The notes below the pieces were generated by a model. The model did no database searches and was not told the origin of the DNA. It worked only from the letters and a program-made list of their open reading frames with translations. This document shows positions 36,995 through 50,076 of a stretch of DNA of 64,000 nucleotides, in pieces. Position 1 is the first letter of the stretch. Every line of letters starts with the position of its first letter. This DNA comes from Proteromonas lacertae (Eukaryota): positions 62,001 through 126,000 of the forward strand of contig NGBS01000303.1 of assembly GCA_002245135.1 (NCBI GenBank). The letters are read 5' to 3'. The position numbers were made by a program, and so were the translations under genes.

Positions 36995-39207
36995 ATGAGC
37001 ATTTTGTCATTTTTACAAGACAATAGATGTTCTCAAGATGCGCTAACATCATCAATCAAGTTGATAGATACAAATATAGATACTGTTCTTTATAATTCAC
37101 CAGAATGGCACAAACAGATTTTGTCATTGTGCCAAAATTCCAATGCAACAATAAGAACAAATGGAATTGAGTTATTAATATCAACTGTGCAATTTTGTGA
37201 ATCTAGTTATGTAATTCAAAATCAAAAGTCACTTTTTGAATGTTTGTTTCACTTATTACGTATTGGAGAAACAGATGTAAATATATGTAAAGCATGTGAA
37301 GTTTTGAAACACATTCTAAGAAGATCAGATCAGTTAGAAGTAGAAACCAAAAAGGTTTATACTCAGAATATACAAAAATTAATACAGACATTAAAGACGT
37401 TGTTACAAAATCACAAACCAAATTACAAATCATACTTATCATTAATGCTTTTATGTTGTGAGTATTATCCATCCTATTTTAAGAAAGAATCAAAATATAT
37501 TGTTCCTCTGCTTGTATTTATTTCATTATATTATTATTTATAGATTGATTTAGTGGATACAGAAGATTTAGAATTAAAAACATTAGTTTCTACATTGATT
37601 ATTAACCTTATAACAGTATATATATATATATTAATGAAATTTATATATTTAGTGTGATGATAAAATTACTCTTTCAAGTGTTTTGAATAATATAACAGCA
37701 TCATATATTCAATTTTTACAGACATTATCAATAGTTCCGTCTTTTCAAATCACAAATGAAACGAATCTATTACAATTTCAACCATTTCAAAACCAACCTC
37801 CACATATGAATGAAATAATACAAAGAATAAAGACATACAGCAAATTAATACAATCTGCATTTGAATTATGTAAAGAAGGTAATGTTTTAATATCAATTGA
37901 TTTATTTCTCCAATTATATGAGAATATACTGAGTATTTACATATCAAACAGCCAAAAGAACAACAAAATATCTGTAAAAGAGAAATCTTTGAGTTTTTCA
38001 GAAATTTATTTATTAGCTCCAATTTGTGAATCAGAAATACTTGATGTATTTTATTTATTACATTATATTATATATATATATTATTATTATTATTATTATT
38101 ATAGACAATGTCATTATTACTTAGGAATTCAAATAAAAGATTGATGTTATATCTTCAAAAGATTATCAAACCATTAGAATCAATTTTGAATAAATCAATT
38201 TCAACTCCATTCAATACTGTTATTGTTCATGTGTTTGAGTGTATTGTGAATGTCTTTGTTTTGTTTGAAAAGAATGTTCCAAATGATTTTGTTACAAAGT
38301 TATATGAATTTATTTTAAAGTATTTTCCAGATTATTTTAATTGTATTTTTACTGTTCATATTATATATAATAGTTGAAAATCATTGTCTAACTCCAGTAC
38401 GAATATCTTCAACAAGTCAGTTACCTGTTATTAGTAATTTGTTGAAGTTATACAAAACATTATTACAATATGGAGGTGATAAAGTTGATGATTTACTAAG
38501 ATACAATTTTGATAGAATGTTTGTAGAAATGATTCACTCTTTATTACAGATAGTTTCTACAAATAAACTGAAAAATAGTTTGTATTTGAATAATGAGTTA
38601 ATTAGAGTATATTGTGAGATATTATTGATTTTACCAATTGTATATTTTATTGTTTTATATTCATTAGTCACCTTATTCAAATGGAACAAATGGAACTTTT
38701 CTTTTATCAATAATCAATTATTTACATAGTTTTTCAACCATTATTTCTGATTTTGGACTTAAACAGTTAATAGCCAATAATCTTTCAATATTAAATACAC
38801 TCTTACATCCACATTCTGTATCTTATTTCAAGCCACTTGAATCAACAATTGAAGATAAAGCAAGTAATGATAGAAATAATAATAACTCATTTTTATTACC
38901 AAATCAACAACAAATGCTTAAACCAATTCAACCAATTATTAAACCAGTATCTGTACCAAATATTAATAGTACAGATATAATGCAAATAACTCAAATATCC
39001 AAAGATAATAATTTAGATAAGAAGAATGAAAATATGAAAGATAAAAATGATGAAAAACAGAAAAGAAAAATAGCTAGTGAAGATAATAATACATCAAAGA
39101 AAGTCAAAAGTGATAAGGTTATTGATAAAACAATCACAGAGATGGAAAAGAAACCATCAAATGAAAATGATGATTCTGATTCAGACATTCCTGATATTGT
39201 TGGTTAA
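36995..39207 (+). CDS. RIX1/PELP1-like HEAT/ARM protein (5 introns)
   Basis: Spliced helical-repeat protein, LLHP motif, acidic end DDSDSDIPDIVG. Confidence 0.55.
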
Positions 39208-39298
39208 TTACATATAACAATTATGTTTTTGTTTTGTCTATTGTTATTGTTTATTATACTAAAACTACTGATTTAAATATAAACAGAAATAATTACAT

Positions 39299-40100
39299 TT
39301 ATATAGTTAAATCTTCTTGACCATCCATAGTAGCAAAATCCTTAATACTCTTCTTTCTTGATCCGAATAATGGTGTTGGTTTTCCTCCTTCTTTTGCTTC
39401 TCTAGCTTTCCTTGCTTCTTCTGCCTCTTGAAGTAATATTTCCTGTTGAATTTTTCTTTCTACAACATTGGGTGGGATTACAGTTACTCTATATAATATT
39501 AAAAAAACGATATTTTATATAATCAAAAAAAAGATATGCACAAACAGCGTTATTTATCAAATGGTTTGAAATAGATCCTGCTAATAATCTTCTCATATTA
39601 CTTACACCACTTCGTCCTACTACAATTGTATCTATTCCATGTTCTTCAGCCATTGCCAATAGTAATTCTTTTGGATCTCCTTGTTTCACTGAACAATAGG
39701 AATATTTAAACTAAATAATTTCAATTAAGGAAATATACACCTGCTTCTTTCAATTGTTGGACCATCTTCTCTAATTTTTCTTTAGCTGTTGCTACTGCTC
39801 TCTCTTGTGCAGCAATTTGATGAGTATAAGCTAATTAAACTTAATATATTTTCATTATACTAGCAGGCTTCAAGAAAAGAACATTTGTCAATAAACAATA
39901 GTCATTGGGTTTTAATGCTTTTTTAACCCATTCAAAACAAAGTTCCGTGGATTTTGAAAAATCTAAAGCAACCATATATCTAGATCCCTAAACGAAGATT
40001 AGTATAACAATTATTATAAATATGTATTTAAATTAAAGATATATACTGTAGCAATATCTTCTTCAATAGTAAAAGTGTCTTCTTGTTGAGTTTCTGCCAT
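39299..40100 (-). CDS. Universal stress protein (UspA) domain protein (4 introns including one U12-type)
   Basis: YMVALDFS....CFEW; GDPKELLL.MAEEHGIDTIVVGRSG.S.MRRLLAGSISNHLINNAVCAVTVIP. Confidence 0.88.
39489..39537 (-). other. U12-type intron, AT-AG, 49 nt
   Basis: 5' ATATCTTTT; branch TTTTTAAT; removal restores the conserved USP end NAVC-A-VTVIP. Confidence 0.88.
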
Positions 40101-40176
40101 TTATAAAAGATATAAATTTATTATTAAGCCCACCTAGTTTGATTAGTCAAGCTTATTTTCAGTTTTTTAACTTCTT

Positions 40177-40788
40177 ATGCAAAGCAGAAAAGCTGTAGGG
40201 AAAAACATACTTGCAGGTATGCCACCAATGACAGTTACATGCCCACAAGAAACAGGTTACACAATTAGCGCTAGTCCAATTCAATATAAAAGCGAACAAC
40301 GTTCAAACCCTACTGCCAAGACGGTTTTAGGCAGTATACCTTCTCAAATAATTACACCACCAAAATCATACTCAAGTACTGTTTGTACCAGAAATAGTAT
40401 ACCAACAGCTTGTTGTGCTTCCACATTATCTACACCGTCATCATTTTCGACAGTTGGTCAGGCTGCCATGATCATGTCACCTAACGCTGTTCAATCAACA
40501 AATTATGCTTCTTCTCCTTCTACTGTTATTGATGGAGTAAAAAGTGATGAAAACAGTGCTAATTCGATCATTAGCAATGTAAAGAGTGCATTAAAACAGA
40601 AGAAAACAGAACAGGTATTGATTTTGTTAATAATATTGTTTAAATAGAAAATATTTGAAATGAAAAAGTATCAGACTGATTTACAAGCTTTAGAAATAAA
40701 TCTTGTATTACAAGGTTATAAAAAAGACTGTTCATTACTTGTAAATATAGAAAATACACTTAAATTAATAGAATCTTATATTGTTTAG
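40177..40788 (+). CDS. Hypothetical S/T/P-rich protein with short C-terminal coiled coil (1 intron)
   Basis: ORF plus GT-AG intron near 40615-40647 continuing in frame to TAG. Confidence 0.6.
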
Positions 40789-40953
40789 ATATTTTAGAAT
40801 AATGTAATTTCCTGTTATTTTATTTTAATCACTATTTTTACTTTTTAAAACATTTCTATTGGTATATTACAAAATTTAACAAAATTATCAATAATAACAA
40901 TAATAATAATAGCTATATACAAATGATATGAATATAAACGATAATAACACTCT

Positions 40954-42370
40954 CTATAATTCCACAATTTCCAACGGCAATCTTTGACATCTTTTATCAC
41001 AATTTGCTGAACATCTCATCTCAATACCTTCATAGCAAGGATGTAACGATGCAAATGAATAAGATCTTGGAGCTCTACACAATAACTCCCTTATCTCTTT
41101 CATTTGCTTATTAGTTGAATGACGATAAGTGAGAAACAATTTCATTGAATATAAAGCATCTTTAGCTGGATCATGTTGACCATCCTATACAAATTAATAT
41201 AATATAATATAATATATATACTTGAATATCAATATTACATAAATATTTAACTTCATGTCTTAGTGAAAAAACAATATAAGATGATTTACCTTTATAATAT
41301 GGATTAATTTCAACCATCTGTTGTAATGGAGCTGAAAAGAATCTTTGTATATCGATATGTGTCTTATAGTCTTGACCTCTTTCTAGTCCTAACCATAATA
41401 TATCATGCCAAACACTTTGTCCAACGATTATACAGTTGTTGGGAAGGATTTCACGGATTTGTTTCATTGATTCAGAGAGTGGAATTCCATTGGATAATAA
41501 TTCTTCACTATTTTAATTAAAATGAGATAATAAATAATAATAATTAAAGTTAAAAGATAAAAAAAAGAGTAATAAATATCTATATATCTATATATATTAT
41601 ACGTTAAACCATTTAATGGTGTTAAATAATTTACTACTTTAATCTCAGGTTTAATGTATTGATTATAAATAATTTCACAGTTTTCATTCACTATTGCAAT
41701 ATGTCCTACAGCTCTATCCATATGACAATAACCAGTAGCTACACATTCTACATCAATACTATAGAATGGACCTTCTAAGGAGTGAGATATTGGAAATGCA
41801 AAAGCATCAAGATCTGTATCACTTTCATAATCTATTTATTATTACGAATACATTATATATTAATAAATACAATTAGTACGAGGTGTATAGGGTATTGTTG
41901 GATCTAACTCAAACGGTGAAGGAGTTGATGGAGACATTAAAGAAGTAGAGGATGGTGGAGGTGCAATCACATGAGGTGCTTCACGCTTAATACCTTTTTC
42001 ACTTAATAGTTTTTGTATTTTATCATACATAGCTCTTGGTTTTTGTTGATGAGTATCATTGACTGGAGGTGGTACTATTTTTAAAAATATATTTAAAGAG
42101 TATAATACGACTTGATTTTGTTAAATCAATAGTATCACCTTCTGAAAGAATAAATTGCTAAAGTATTAATAATATCCTTAATACTAATGATTTTTCTTCT
42201 TTCGAATTCACATATATTACATATTCGCCCTTTTCAATTAACTGAATTGCATCTGTAGGGAAATCAGCAAGTTTTGGTAAAACCTAAAATGTAACTGTAC
42301 AAATAGATACTTCATCAATTCTACTCCCGGAATCAATATCTTTTAATACATATCGATAAGTATCTTGCAT
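40954..42370 (-). CDS. DEDDh 3'-5' exonuclease, REXO4/RNase T-like (6 introns)
   Basis: FYSIDVECVATG, YIKP...VVNYLTPLNGL, IVGQSVWHDILWL, SLRH, HDPAKDALYSMKLF. Confidence 0.85.
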
Positions 42371-42443
42371 AAAAACAGAAAAACTTTATAAGATCGAGCC
42401 TTAACTCGAGTTAATTGGCATTTTTAATTTATTATCACTTATT

Positions 42444-45400
42444 ATGTCTGATAATGTTGATGAAAACAAACAACAGGACAGATCTACGCGACATGTAAGA
42501 GGTGGCAAAACTCAATATCTTTTTTAATATACTTTCTTAATTCATTTTTTCTTAATTTTTTGTAGAATGCCATTTGCCCATCCACAATATTCATACTATC
42601 AACCATACCCATATCCTGGATATGAAAATGCAGCATTTGTTGCTCCACCACCATATTATAATTATGAATATCAATACGCAGCACCAACAGCTTCATATGG
42701 TGAAAAACCTGCTGTTCCAATAAAAACTGAAGAAAGAAAAGTATCAGAGACTGTATTGAAATTGAAAGAGAAATTAAAAGAGAAAGGAGCTAAAATCAAT
42801 GAAGAACCTAAAGCCCCACCTCCACCAGCAAATGCTGATAAGGTTGCACCTCGTCCTCCATATATTCCTCCACCAGTTGTTCCAATACCAGCTGTTAATT
42901 ATATAAGACAACCAACTCCTCCAATGCCATCCAATATTCCAGTACTAATACCATCTAAACCAATAGAAAACACATCATTACCTGCGTTAAAGGTAGATGC
43001 AAAGCCATTTGTACCAAGCTTCATCAAATCTGAAAATAAAGAACCAACAGCAAAACCAACAATAGAAATACCACCAGCACAAACAACATCAACAACAACA
43101 ACAACAACAGTTATATCAGAACCAAAGAAACCAGAGACAAAACCAGTAATAATTACAGAAGAAAAAGCACAACCAAAGAAAATAGAAGAATCAAAACCAT
43201 CATTTGTAAAACCTGCAATTACTACTACTACTACTGCCACTGCTAGTACATCAACAGCAACAGCAGCAGCAGCAGCTCCAGTTGAAAAAGAGAAAGATAA
43301 AGAAGCAATAGGAGATGAAGATGATGATACAACCGAAACAGATGAAAAGAAAATTGAAGAAGTAGAATCAAAGATAGAAGAATTACATAAAACATATGGA
43401 ATATTCATCTATCCAGCAGAAATATTAGAATTCTTCAGAGATTCATTAGATGAAGATGATATAAAGAAGGGAAAAGACAATGTAGCAAATTACAAAGTAT
43501 TTATTAAAGAAAGAAATAACATGAAATATATCCCATTACAAGGTTCATTTATGAAATCTAAACAATCAAATGTTGTCTTAAAAAGAGCTAAAGATCGATT
43601 TAATATTAAGAGAAGAAAGGATGAAGATGAGAGTTTCTTTGGTGCTATTAGAGTGTCGTTGAATAAATTATCTGAAGATAACTATGATGTAGTATCTGCT
43701 GATATATTGAAACAAGAGTTTAAATCATATTCCCAATGTCAGAAATTAGTTGAATTATTGTTTGAGAAAGCTGTGATGGAAAAGAGTTTTTGCAAAATGT
43801 ATATATTATTATTATTATTATAGATATGCCAAATTATGTGCCAAATTGAACAGTGAATCAAATAATTTAATAAAGAAATTAATACATACTGAATTCTTAA
43901 ATGGTGTTTATACAATTTTAGTAGATGGAAGTGATAAGAAAGAAGAATTTATTCCAACAAGTCAAGATGAGAAATCAAGAGAAGAAGAAGTATATGAGAG
44001 AGCTTATGATTGTTTCTCATTCCGAAGAATCATCTTAGGAATATGTCAAAATGAATTTTCAAAAGAAGTTCGATTTGATGAATTAGAAAAGAGAAGATCT
44101 GAATTAAATAACTCCAGACCTCCTGAAAGTTCAAATGAATATTTAGACTGGTATAGAGAATATGATGATTTAGAAATTGAACAAACAAGAATGAAGACTA
44201 GAATGTTAGGTACAGTTCATTTTATTGGTGAATTATACTTACAAAAGAAAGCTAAAGGTGATAAAAGAACTTTAATCACTAAACAGATTATATCGAAGAG
44301 TTGTTTCCCAACATTATTAAAGAATCCAGACGATGATGATAAGATAGAAGCATTATGTAAATTGCTAACAACAATAGGATCTAAATTTGCCAGAGAAGAT
44401 GAGAGTAGTTTAAATGAAGTAGTAAAACAATTAAAAGAATTACAATCTAATACTAATCTCAGTACTAGAATCAGAATCTCTGTAATTCCTGATTTATTAG
44501 ATATAGCATCTAAAGGATGGGGAAATAATGGTAATAATCCAACAACTCCAGTTACACCACCACCACCAACATCAACATCAACACGTAATGATAATAATAA
44601 TCGAAATAATAATTACACTAATCCATCTCCACGTAGTACAAGGCATAGTAATAATAATAATAATAGAAACAACAACAACAGTCAAGATGTTAGAGGTAAT
44701 ACTCCACATAAAGTATTTAGCACTAAACACAATAATACAACTCCTAAAGATGATAATAATAATAATATTCCAACACATGTTGCACCAGTACCAACTACAC
44801 CATCCAGTACAACCAATAAGAAAGAAACAGAAGAGGCAGAAGTAGTAGAATTATCTAAAAAGGATAAAGATTTAATCGTAGGATTTTGGACTAGTTATGT
44901 TGATGAGAATGGTAAAGATTCCTCTATTACTGAAGGATTTGTTGATTTAAAGAGAACTAAAGGAAGAATGTATGATGTTTTAATCATAGGATATTCCACA
45001 GCTTGTAATAAATACAGTAGTTCAAAGAACGAGAAACAATTAACTTTATTCTTACAATTGATGGATATATTAATAAAAGGAACACATGCAGAACATCCTG
45101 ATGAATATAAGATAATGAATAATAACAATAAACCAATAATTGATTCCTTAGATGATTTTATAAAGAAAGAGATAGAAGGATTAATTGATGATATACCAAA
45201 AGCAACTGAAATAATGGGTAGAATAATATCTATCTATATACTTAATAATCAATATACATTAAAGGATTTATATGAATTATTAAAGAGTTGTAATGATAAT
45301 GATAATAAATCCTTTACAATCGAAATATTCTGTCATACAATCTCAATATTAGAAAAGAATAATGTTCCTCAAAAAGAAATTGAAAAAGAAATTGAATCTT

Positions 45401-45943
45401 TACATACTGATTTAATCGAATTAACAAATGATAATTTATATCCAATTCCACAACAATTATATAAATTATTTATAAGTTGTGATGCTGGTAAATACTTCCC
45501 TCAGTATTCCGAATCACTTCATTTATTAAAATTAGTAGAAAAGAATGAAATGGATGAAGCTAAAAAGTTGATAAAGTCAATAAGTAGTTACTTAGAAAAA
45601 TATGAATTCATTGGATTATATTTATATGGTTTAATACATTCTAAAGTAGAGAATAGATTAAGTGATGGAATATCAATATTAGTGGAAATATCTAAACAAG
45701 TGAAAACACCAGTTAATATACAGAGTTATATATTAAAGGGAATAACATCATCTTATTCATTTGGAGCAGTAAAAATAAGTATAATTTTAATAGTTTTTAT
45801 TATATTTAGAGTATGAAGATATAATAACATTAATAAAGAATAATGGATTATTGTCAAAAGAAGCAATAGAGTTGTTTAAGAAAGATAGTAACTTTTTTTC
45901 TAAAAAGATATTACATTTGAAAACATTAGAAGCTTATGTTTAA
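42444..45943 (+). CDS. EIF4G: Translation initiation factor eIF4G-like (3 introns including one U12-type)
   Basis: PAM2-like LKVDAKPFVPS; eIF4E-binding-like YPAEILEF; MIF4G (LNKLSEDNY...LFEKAVMEKSFCK.YAKLC; RMLGTVHFIGELY; IEALCKLLTTIG); MA3-like C-terminus. Confidence 0.87.
42515..42565 (+). other. U12-type intron, AT-AG, 51 nt
   Basis: 5' ATATCTTTT; branch TTCTTAAT; joins MSDNVD...GGKT-Q-MPFA in frame, whereas the two nearest upstream GT donors do not. Confidence 0.8.
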
Positions 45944-46115
45944 ATTTTCTGATAAAAGTGTAGAATTTTTTTATATATATTTTTTATTTAAGTTTGATAA
46001 ATAATAATAATAATAATAATGAAAAAAAAAACATTTTAAATGTTTTTGGTTAATGAAAATATAATTGGTTATCGGAAAACATTGAATCATTCAATACTCA
46101 TCTGTTTTTGGTTAA

Positions 46116-46450
46116 ATGAATAGATTTGGAAAGAATTTCATTCGAAAATCTGCATCAATACAAAGTGCATACAAGAATGGCATAAAAAGAGGAGTAATTC
46201 TGTATTCTTTGACAATATTTTGCAATTAGAAAGACCAAGATAAAAAAATCCCCAACCTATTCAATAATTAAAGTGAATGTATTTTTAATGAATATTATCT
46301 TTGTAGTTTGAAAGAACTGTTGTTCCAATTATGTGTGTTCCAATGTCTAATGTGTTGTATACAGTGGCAGGTCTTTCATTGATGGACAAATTATGTAATG
46401 CTGCTGGAAAGTATTAGTTTTTAATCATATTTATGAATAGACCACGCTAA
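46116..46450 (+). CDS. 82-aa basic protein with one hydrophobic segment (3 introns; missed by ORF track)
   Basis: Introns 46202-46229, 46279-46306 and 46411-46440 give an uninterrupted frame MNRFGKNFIRKS...SPTYSII...LYTVAGLSLMDKLCNAAGKPR*. Confidence 0.65.
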
Positions 46451-46455
46451 TCTTA

Positions 46456-46463
46456 TGTTTGTT
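46456..46463 (+). terminator. TGTTTGTT downstream cleavage/polyadenylation element (Blastocystis type)
   Basis: TAA-tctta-TGTTTGTT: motif exactly 5 nt after the stop. Confidence 0.5.
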
Positions 46464-46582
46464 GTTATATATGCATTTCTTTTTATTCAACTTATTATGT
46501 TGTTGTAATTTAAACTAAAAAAATATCAAAAATATATAATTTTCTATTTAATCATAATATTCCATTTCCATGGATGTTATTC

Positions 46583-48145
46583 TCACCAATTCTTCATCTT
46601 GCCATATATAACTACACAAATAAATATTAAAATAACAGTTTTAGTCATAATATCCTGTATTAGAAAATTCATTTTCCATTCTTCTTCTCTATCACGTATT
46701 TCTCTTTTGGTAATATTTTCCATATAATAAGTTTTACTTTTAATCAAGAAGTATTTGGTTATTTTATATATTCCTAAAATATATCCCTTAAATAACAACC
46801 ATAATTCTGAGAGGAATATATTTTCATTTTTCACTCTTTGGTAAATTAATTTTTTGAAAAAAAGTTTCTTTTCATTATATATATTCTTCTCTTCAACTAT
46901 TTTTCCATATTTCTTTTGTTGACAGAATTTGTATATTGTAAGTTAAGCTATAAACAAGAATAAATGAATTACTTACTCATTATTAATTGATATAATTTTC
47001 CCTTTATTCCAAATCCATCTTTTTCTCACGTATACTACTTCATTCACTTCAAAGTATCTTTCAATTACAATATCAAAAATAGAACCATTTTCACTCTCTT
47101 CATCATTCATTCTACAACAGCAGCAACATAAATAACAACTGCTAATGAATATAGTATAACACCCTCTACATAAATATAGAATTAAAGCAAGTAAATGATT
47201 GAAAAATGAAAGAAATAACAACAATAAGAATTTTTTTCTACTTACATTTGATATTTCAACTTTTGGAAGTATATTATCAACATCATTATTAATATGATCA
47301 ATTTCTTTTTCAAATTCTGTTATTGATAATTGTTCTTTGCTATTTTTTAATAGTAATTTGTGAATTAGTGGATTTATTAAATCTTTATATTTTATATCTA
47401 AATCCACATAACGATTATTTAATATGTTATTACATGTTTGAATTATAGTATTATCTTCAAAGGGAAATTTACCACTGAAGATTTTGTATAACAATACTCC
47501 TATACTCCACATATCTTTCTTTATACTTATCTCTTTATTCAATAATTCTTCTGGACTTACGTAATTCACATTATCTTCATTTATGAATATCACATTTTCG
47601 TTTAATAATATGTAGAAATAGTCACATATTTCATATTTGTCTTCTTCATCTTCTTCATCTTCTTTTATCATTATATTACTCAATTTTATTCCATCATGAC
47701 ATAAACCACTTTCATGAAAGACTTTCAACACTTTACATATTGTCTTTAACAAAAAATAACTTCCATTCTTTTCAAAATACTTTATTAATTGGGATGCACT
47801 GAATGTCTCAAATGTATTATTTCCCTTACATCTAGACAATAATAAGTAATCTTTATTCTCGTGTATCAGGTTAGTTTTTATTATGTGATTGAATTTTATA
47901 CACTTTGAGTTAATTAATCTATTCTTATTCTTGAAATTTTGCAGAGAAGAAGAATCATAACTGCTTTTCGTTATTACTTTAACTAATTCTTTTTTATCAT
48001 CACTATTTGTAATGATTTCATATGTTTTAATTTCTTTCTGAAGCTTTAAAGTATCAATTTTCTAGATGCATAACATAGAGAATTAAAATACTTTCACTCT
48101 ATTGTGATACGCATTTTGTATACACTTAATAATATTCTGATCCAT
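46583..48145 (-). CDS. Pseudokinase + TM + Tudor/Agenet-like segment + TM (2 introns; 1-nt frameshift near 46900)
   Basis: HDGIKLSNI and DYF replace HRD/DFG; YVSPE and DMWSIGVLLY...GKFPF retained; hydrophobic stretches; FEVNEVVYV...WNKGKIISINNDLTYNI. Confidence 0.6.
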
Positions 48146-48354
48146 TTAATTCTGTAAATCACTCAATATTAACGAAATTATATTTTGAGGAAATGAAACG
48201 GATCAATTTCTTTAAACTCTCAAAACTCTATCCTATGCATATCAAAGAGTATAGAAAGTGGTATTAAAATCCCAACATATAAATAGTTAATATACTATAT
48301 CAATAATAATCACGTTATATACTTTTAATTAATTCTTTTTACTTTTTTTTAAGT

Positions 48355-49731
48355 TTAATATCTCATTCGATTAGTAATTCTACACCAAAGACATGTTTTG
48401 CAATATCTATATACACCAGTTCTTTCATTATATTTTACGAAATATTCAATTGGTCTAGCATGTTTTTCTCTTCCACATTGATATAAAACTCTTCCATTAA
48501 AATTCTCATCTTCTGCTAAATCACGCTTTAATCTTCGTAAAGCAAATAATTCATTTTTTGCACAACTTTCACAACAGATGTTAATATTATCCACATAGAA
48601 TAAGAATAATTTACATTTATTTTGATGACATTTATAGCATTCTTTATAATTATTTCTATCATTTATACAAGTATTAAAAGCATCAATATGTCCCCTAGAA
48701 ACAGCTCTTGTTGTATCCAACACAATACCTATTGGATATAGACTGTTTATCGCATTACATGTTTTATCACATGTTCTATTCTTCTTTTTTTCTTGTTTAC
48801 AATCTTCTTCCTCTTCCTCCTCATCATAATAATAGTCATCATCTTCATGTTTTCTTTTACCTGATTTCTTACTATTTGATTTTCCTCCTTTCTTACTAGC
48901 TAATTTACTGGTTTTACATTCACCACAGGCATTACTTGCAATTACATTTGTATAAGTTGGTAATGGTGGTGGTGGTTCTTGTTGTAGTTGTTGTTGTTGT
49001 ATTCTTGTGTGACTGGTCACTGCTTTAATAGTTGATTTCTCTGAAGCTTTAGTTGTAGCGTCTACAAAGAAATCGCACGCGTATGTAGCATCTACATAAT
49101 TTGAAGGATTAGAATGATTAAACTTGTCATTTAACCCTTCTGCATATGGGTAAGTAAAATATCTTGTTTCACTTTCCCCTACATCTGAACTTGAAGTTCT
49201 ACATATTCCATAAGGAGCTAATTGATGAGTAGGAGGATGTTTTGTATTTCTACCTAATACTGATGAATTTGGTGGTGGAATATTTAACAATTGATCTTCT
49301 CTTACTACTGTACTGGGTGGAGGCGAAGATTGTGGTTGTGGTGAAGGTGGTGGATAGTCTATTTCCCTAAAATATTGTGAATGTTTGGTATTACACCCAC
49401 AATCACATTTAGGAAGAGGAATCAAGTCACTATCTGAATTTACATTATCACTATATACATATGTATTTTCTTTACCATCTGGTACATCATTATCATACAG
49501 TACTTCCCAAAAAACTTCTTCATATCTTACACTCTGCATATTTTTCAATACATTCTGTGATGTATTTTCTTTGTTGTACATATTTTCAGTAGCTTCTTTT
49601 GTCAATTGACCTAATTCCTGTTTGAGATTACTGATCGTTTCAGGTGTATAATAATCCTGCATTCCCAAAATATTCAATGCATTTTCTATACTGTCACTAC
49701 TCTGACCTTGTATAAACGCTTGGTTGTTCAT
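48355..49731 (-). CDS. Hypothetical intronless protein with C-terminal Cys-rich putative zinc fingers
   Basis: 458-aa ORF; CYKCHQ...CCESC; C...KHARPIEYF...CKTCLWCR; basic NLS-like patches. Confidence 0.7.
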   Translation of the reverse strand: MNNQAFIQGQSSDSIENALNILGMQDYYTPETISNLKQELGQLTKEATENMYNKENTSQNVLKNMQSVRYEEVFWEVLYDNDVPDGKENTYVYSDNVNSDSDLIPLPKCDCGCNTKHSQYFREIDYPPPSPQPQSSPPPSTVVREDQLLNIPPPNSSVLGRNTKHPPTHQLAPYGICRTSSSDVGESETRYFTYPYAEGLNDKFNHSNPSNYVDATYACDFFVDATTKASEKSTIKAVTSHTRIQQQQLQQEPPPPLPTYTNVIASNACGECKTSKLASKKGGKSNSKKSGKRKHEDDDYYYDEEEEEEDCKQEKKKNRTCDKTCNAINSLYPIGIVLDTTRAVSRGHIDAFNTCINDRNNYKECYKCHQNKCKLFLFYVDNINICCESCAKNELFALRRLKRDLAEDENFNGRVLYQCGREKHARPIEYFVKYNERTGVYRYCKTCLWCRITNRMRY

Positions 49732-50076
49732 AAAAACTTAATTAAAATCTTTTCAAAATCAACCAATCACATTTTGTTTAAAAAGCTAAACTGTGATCAG
49801 CAGTAATAGAAGTAGATTTGAATGACAATAAAATGTAAAACTTATTACTCATTATCATGCATATTATTTAAAGTCATAAAAACAGAAACTTAATGTGTAT
49901 GTAAAAATGAAACTTCTCAGAACATGAGAGTATGATGAGAATAAGTTGAAATAAGGCTTATAGATCCTATTTTCTCACTTCTTTTGGAAATTTAACAAAC
50001 ATCCATCAAAAAATACAATGAATATAATATAATATATATATATAACAAATCCTATATAGATTACTTTTCTTTTGTT

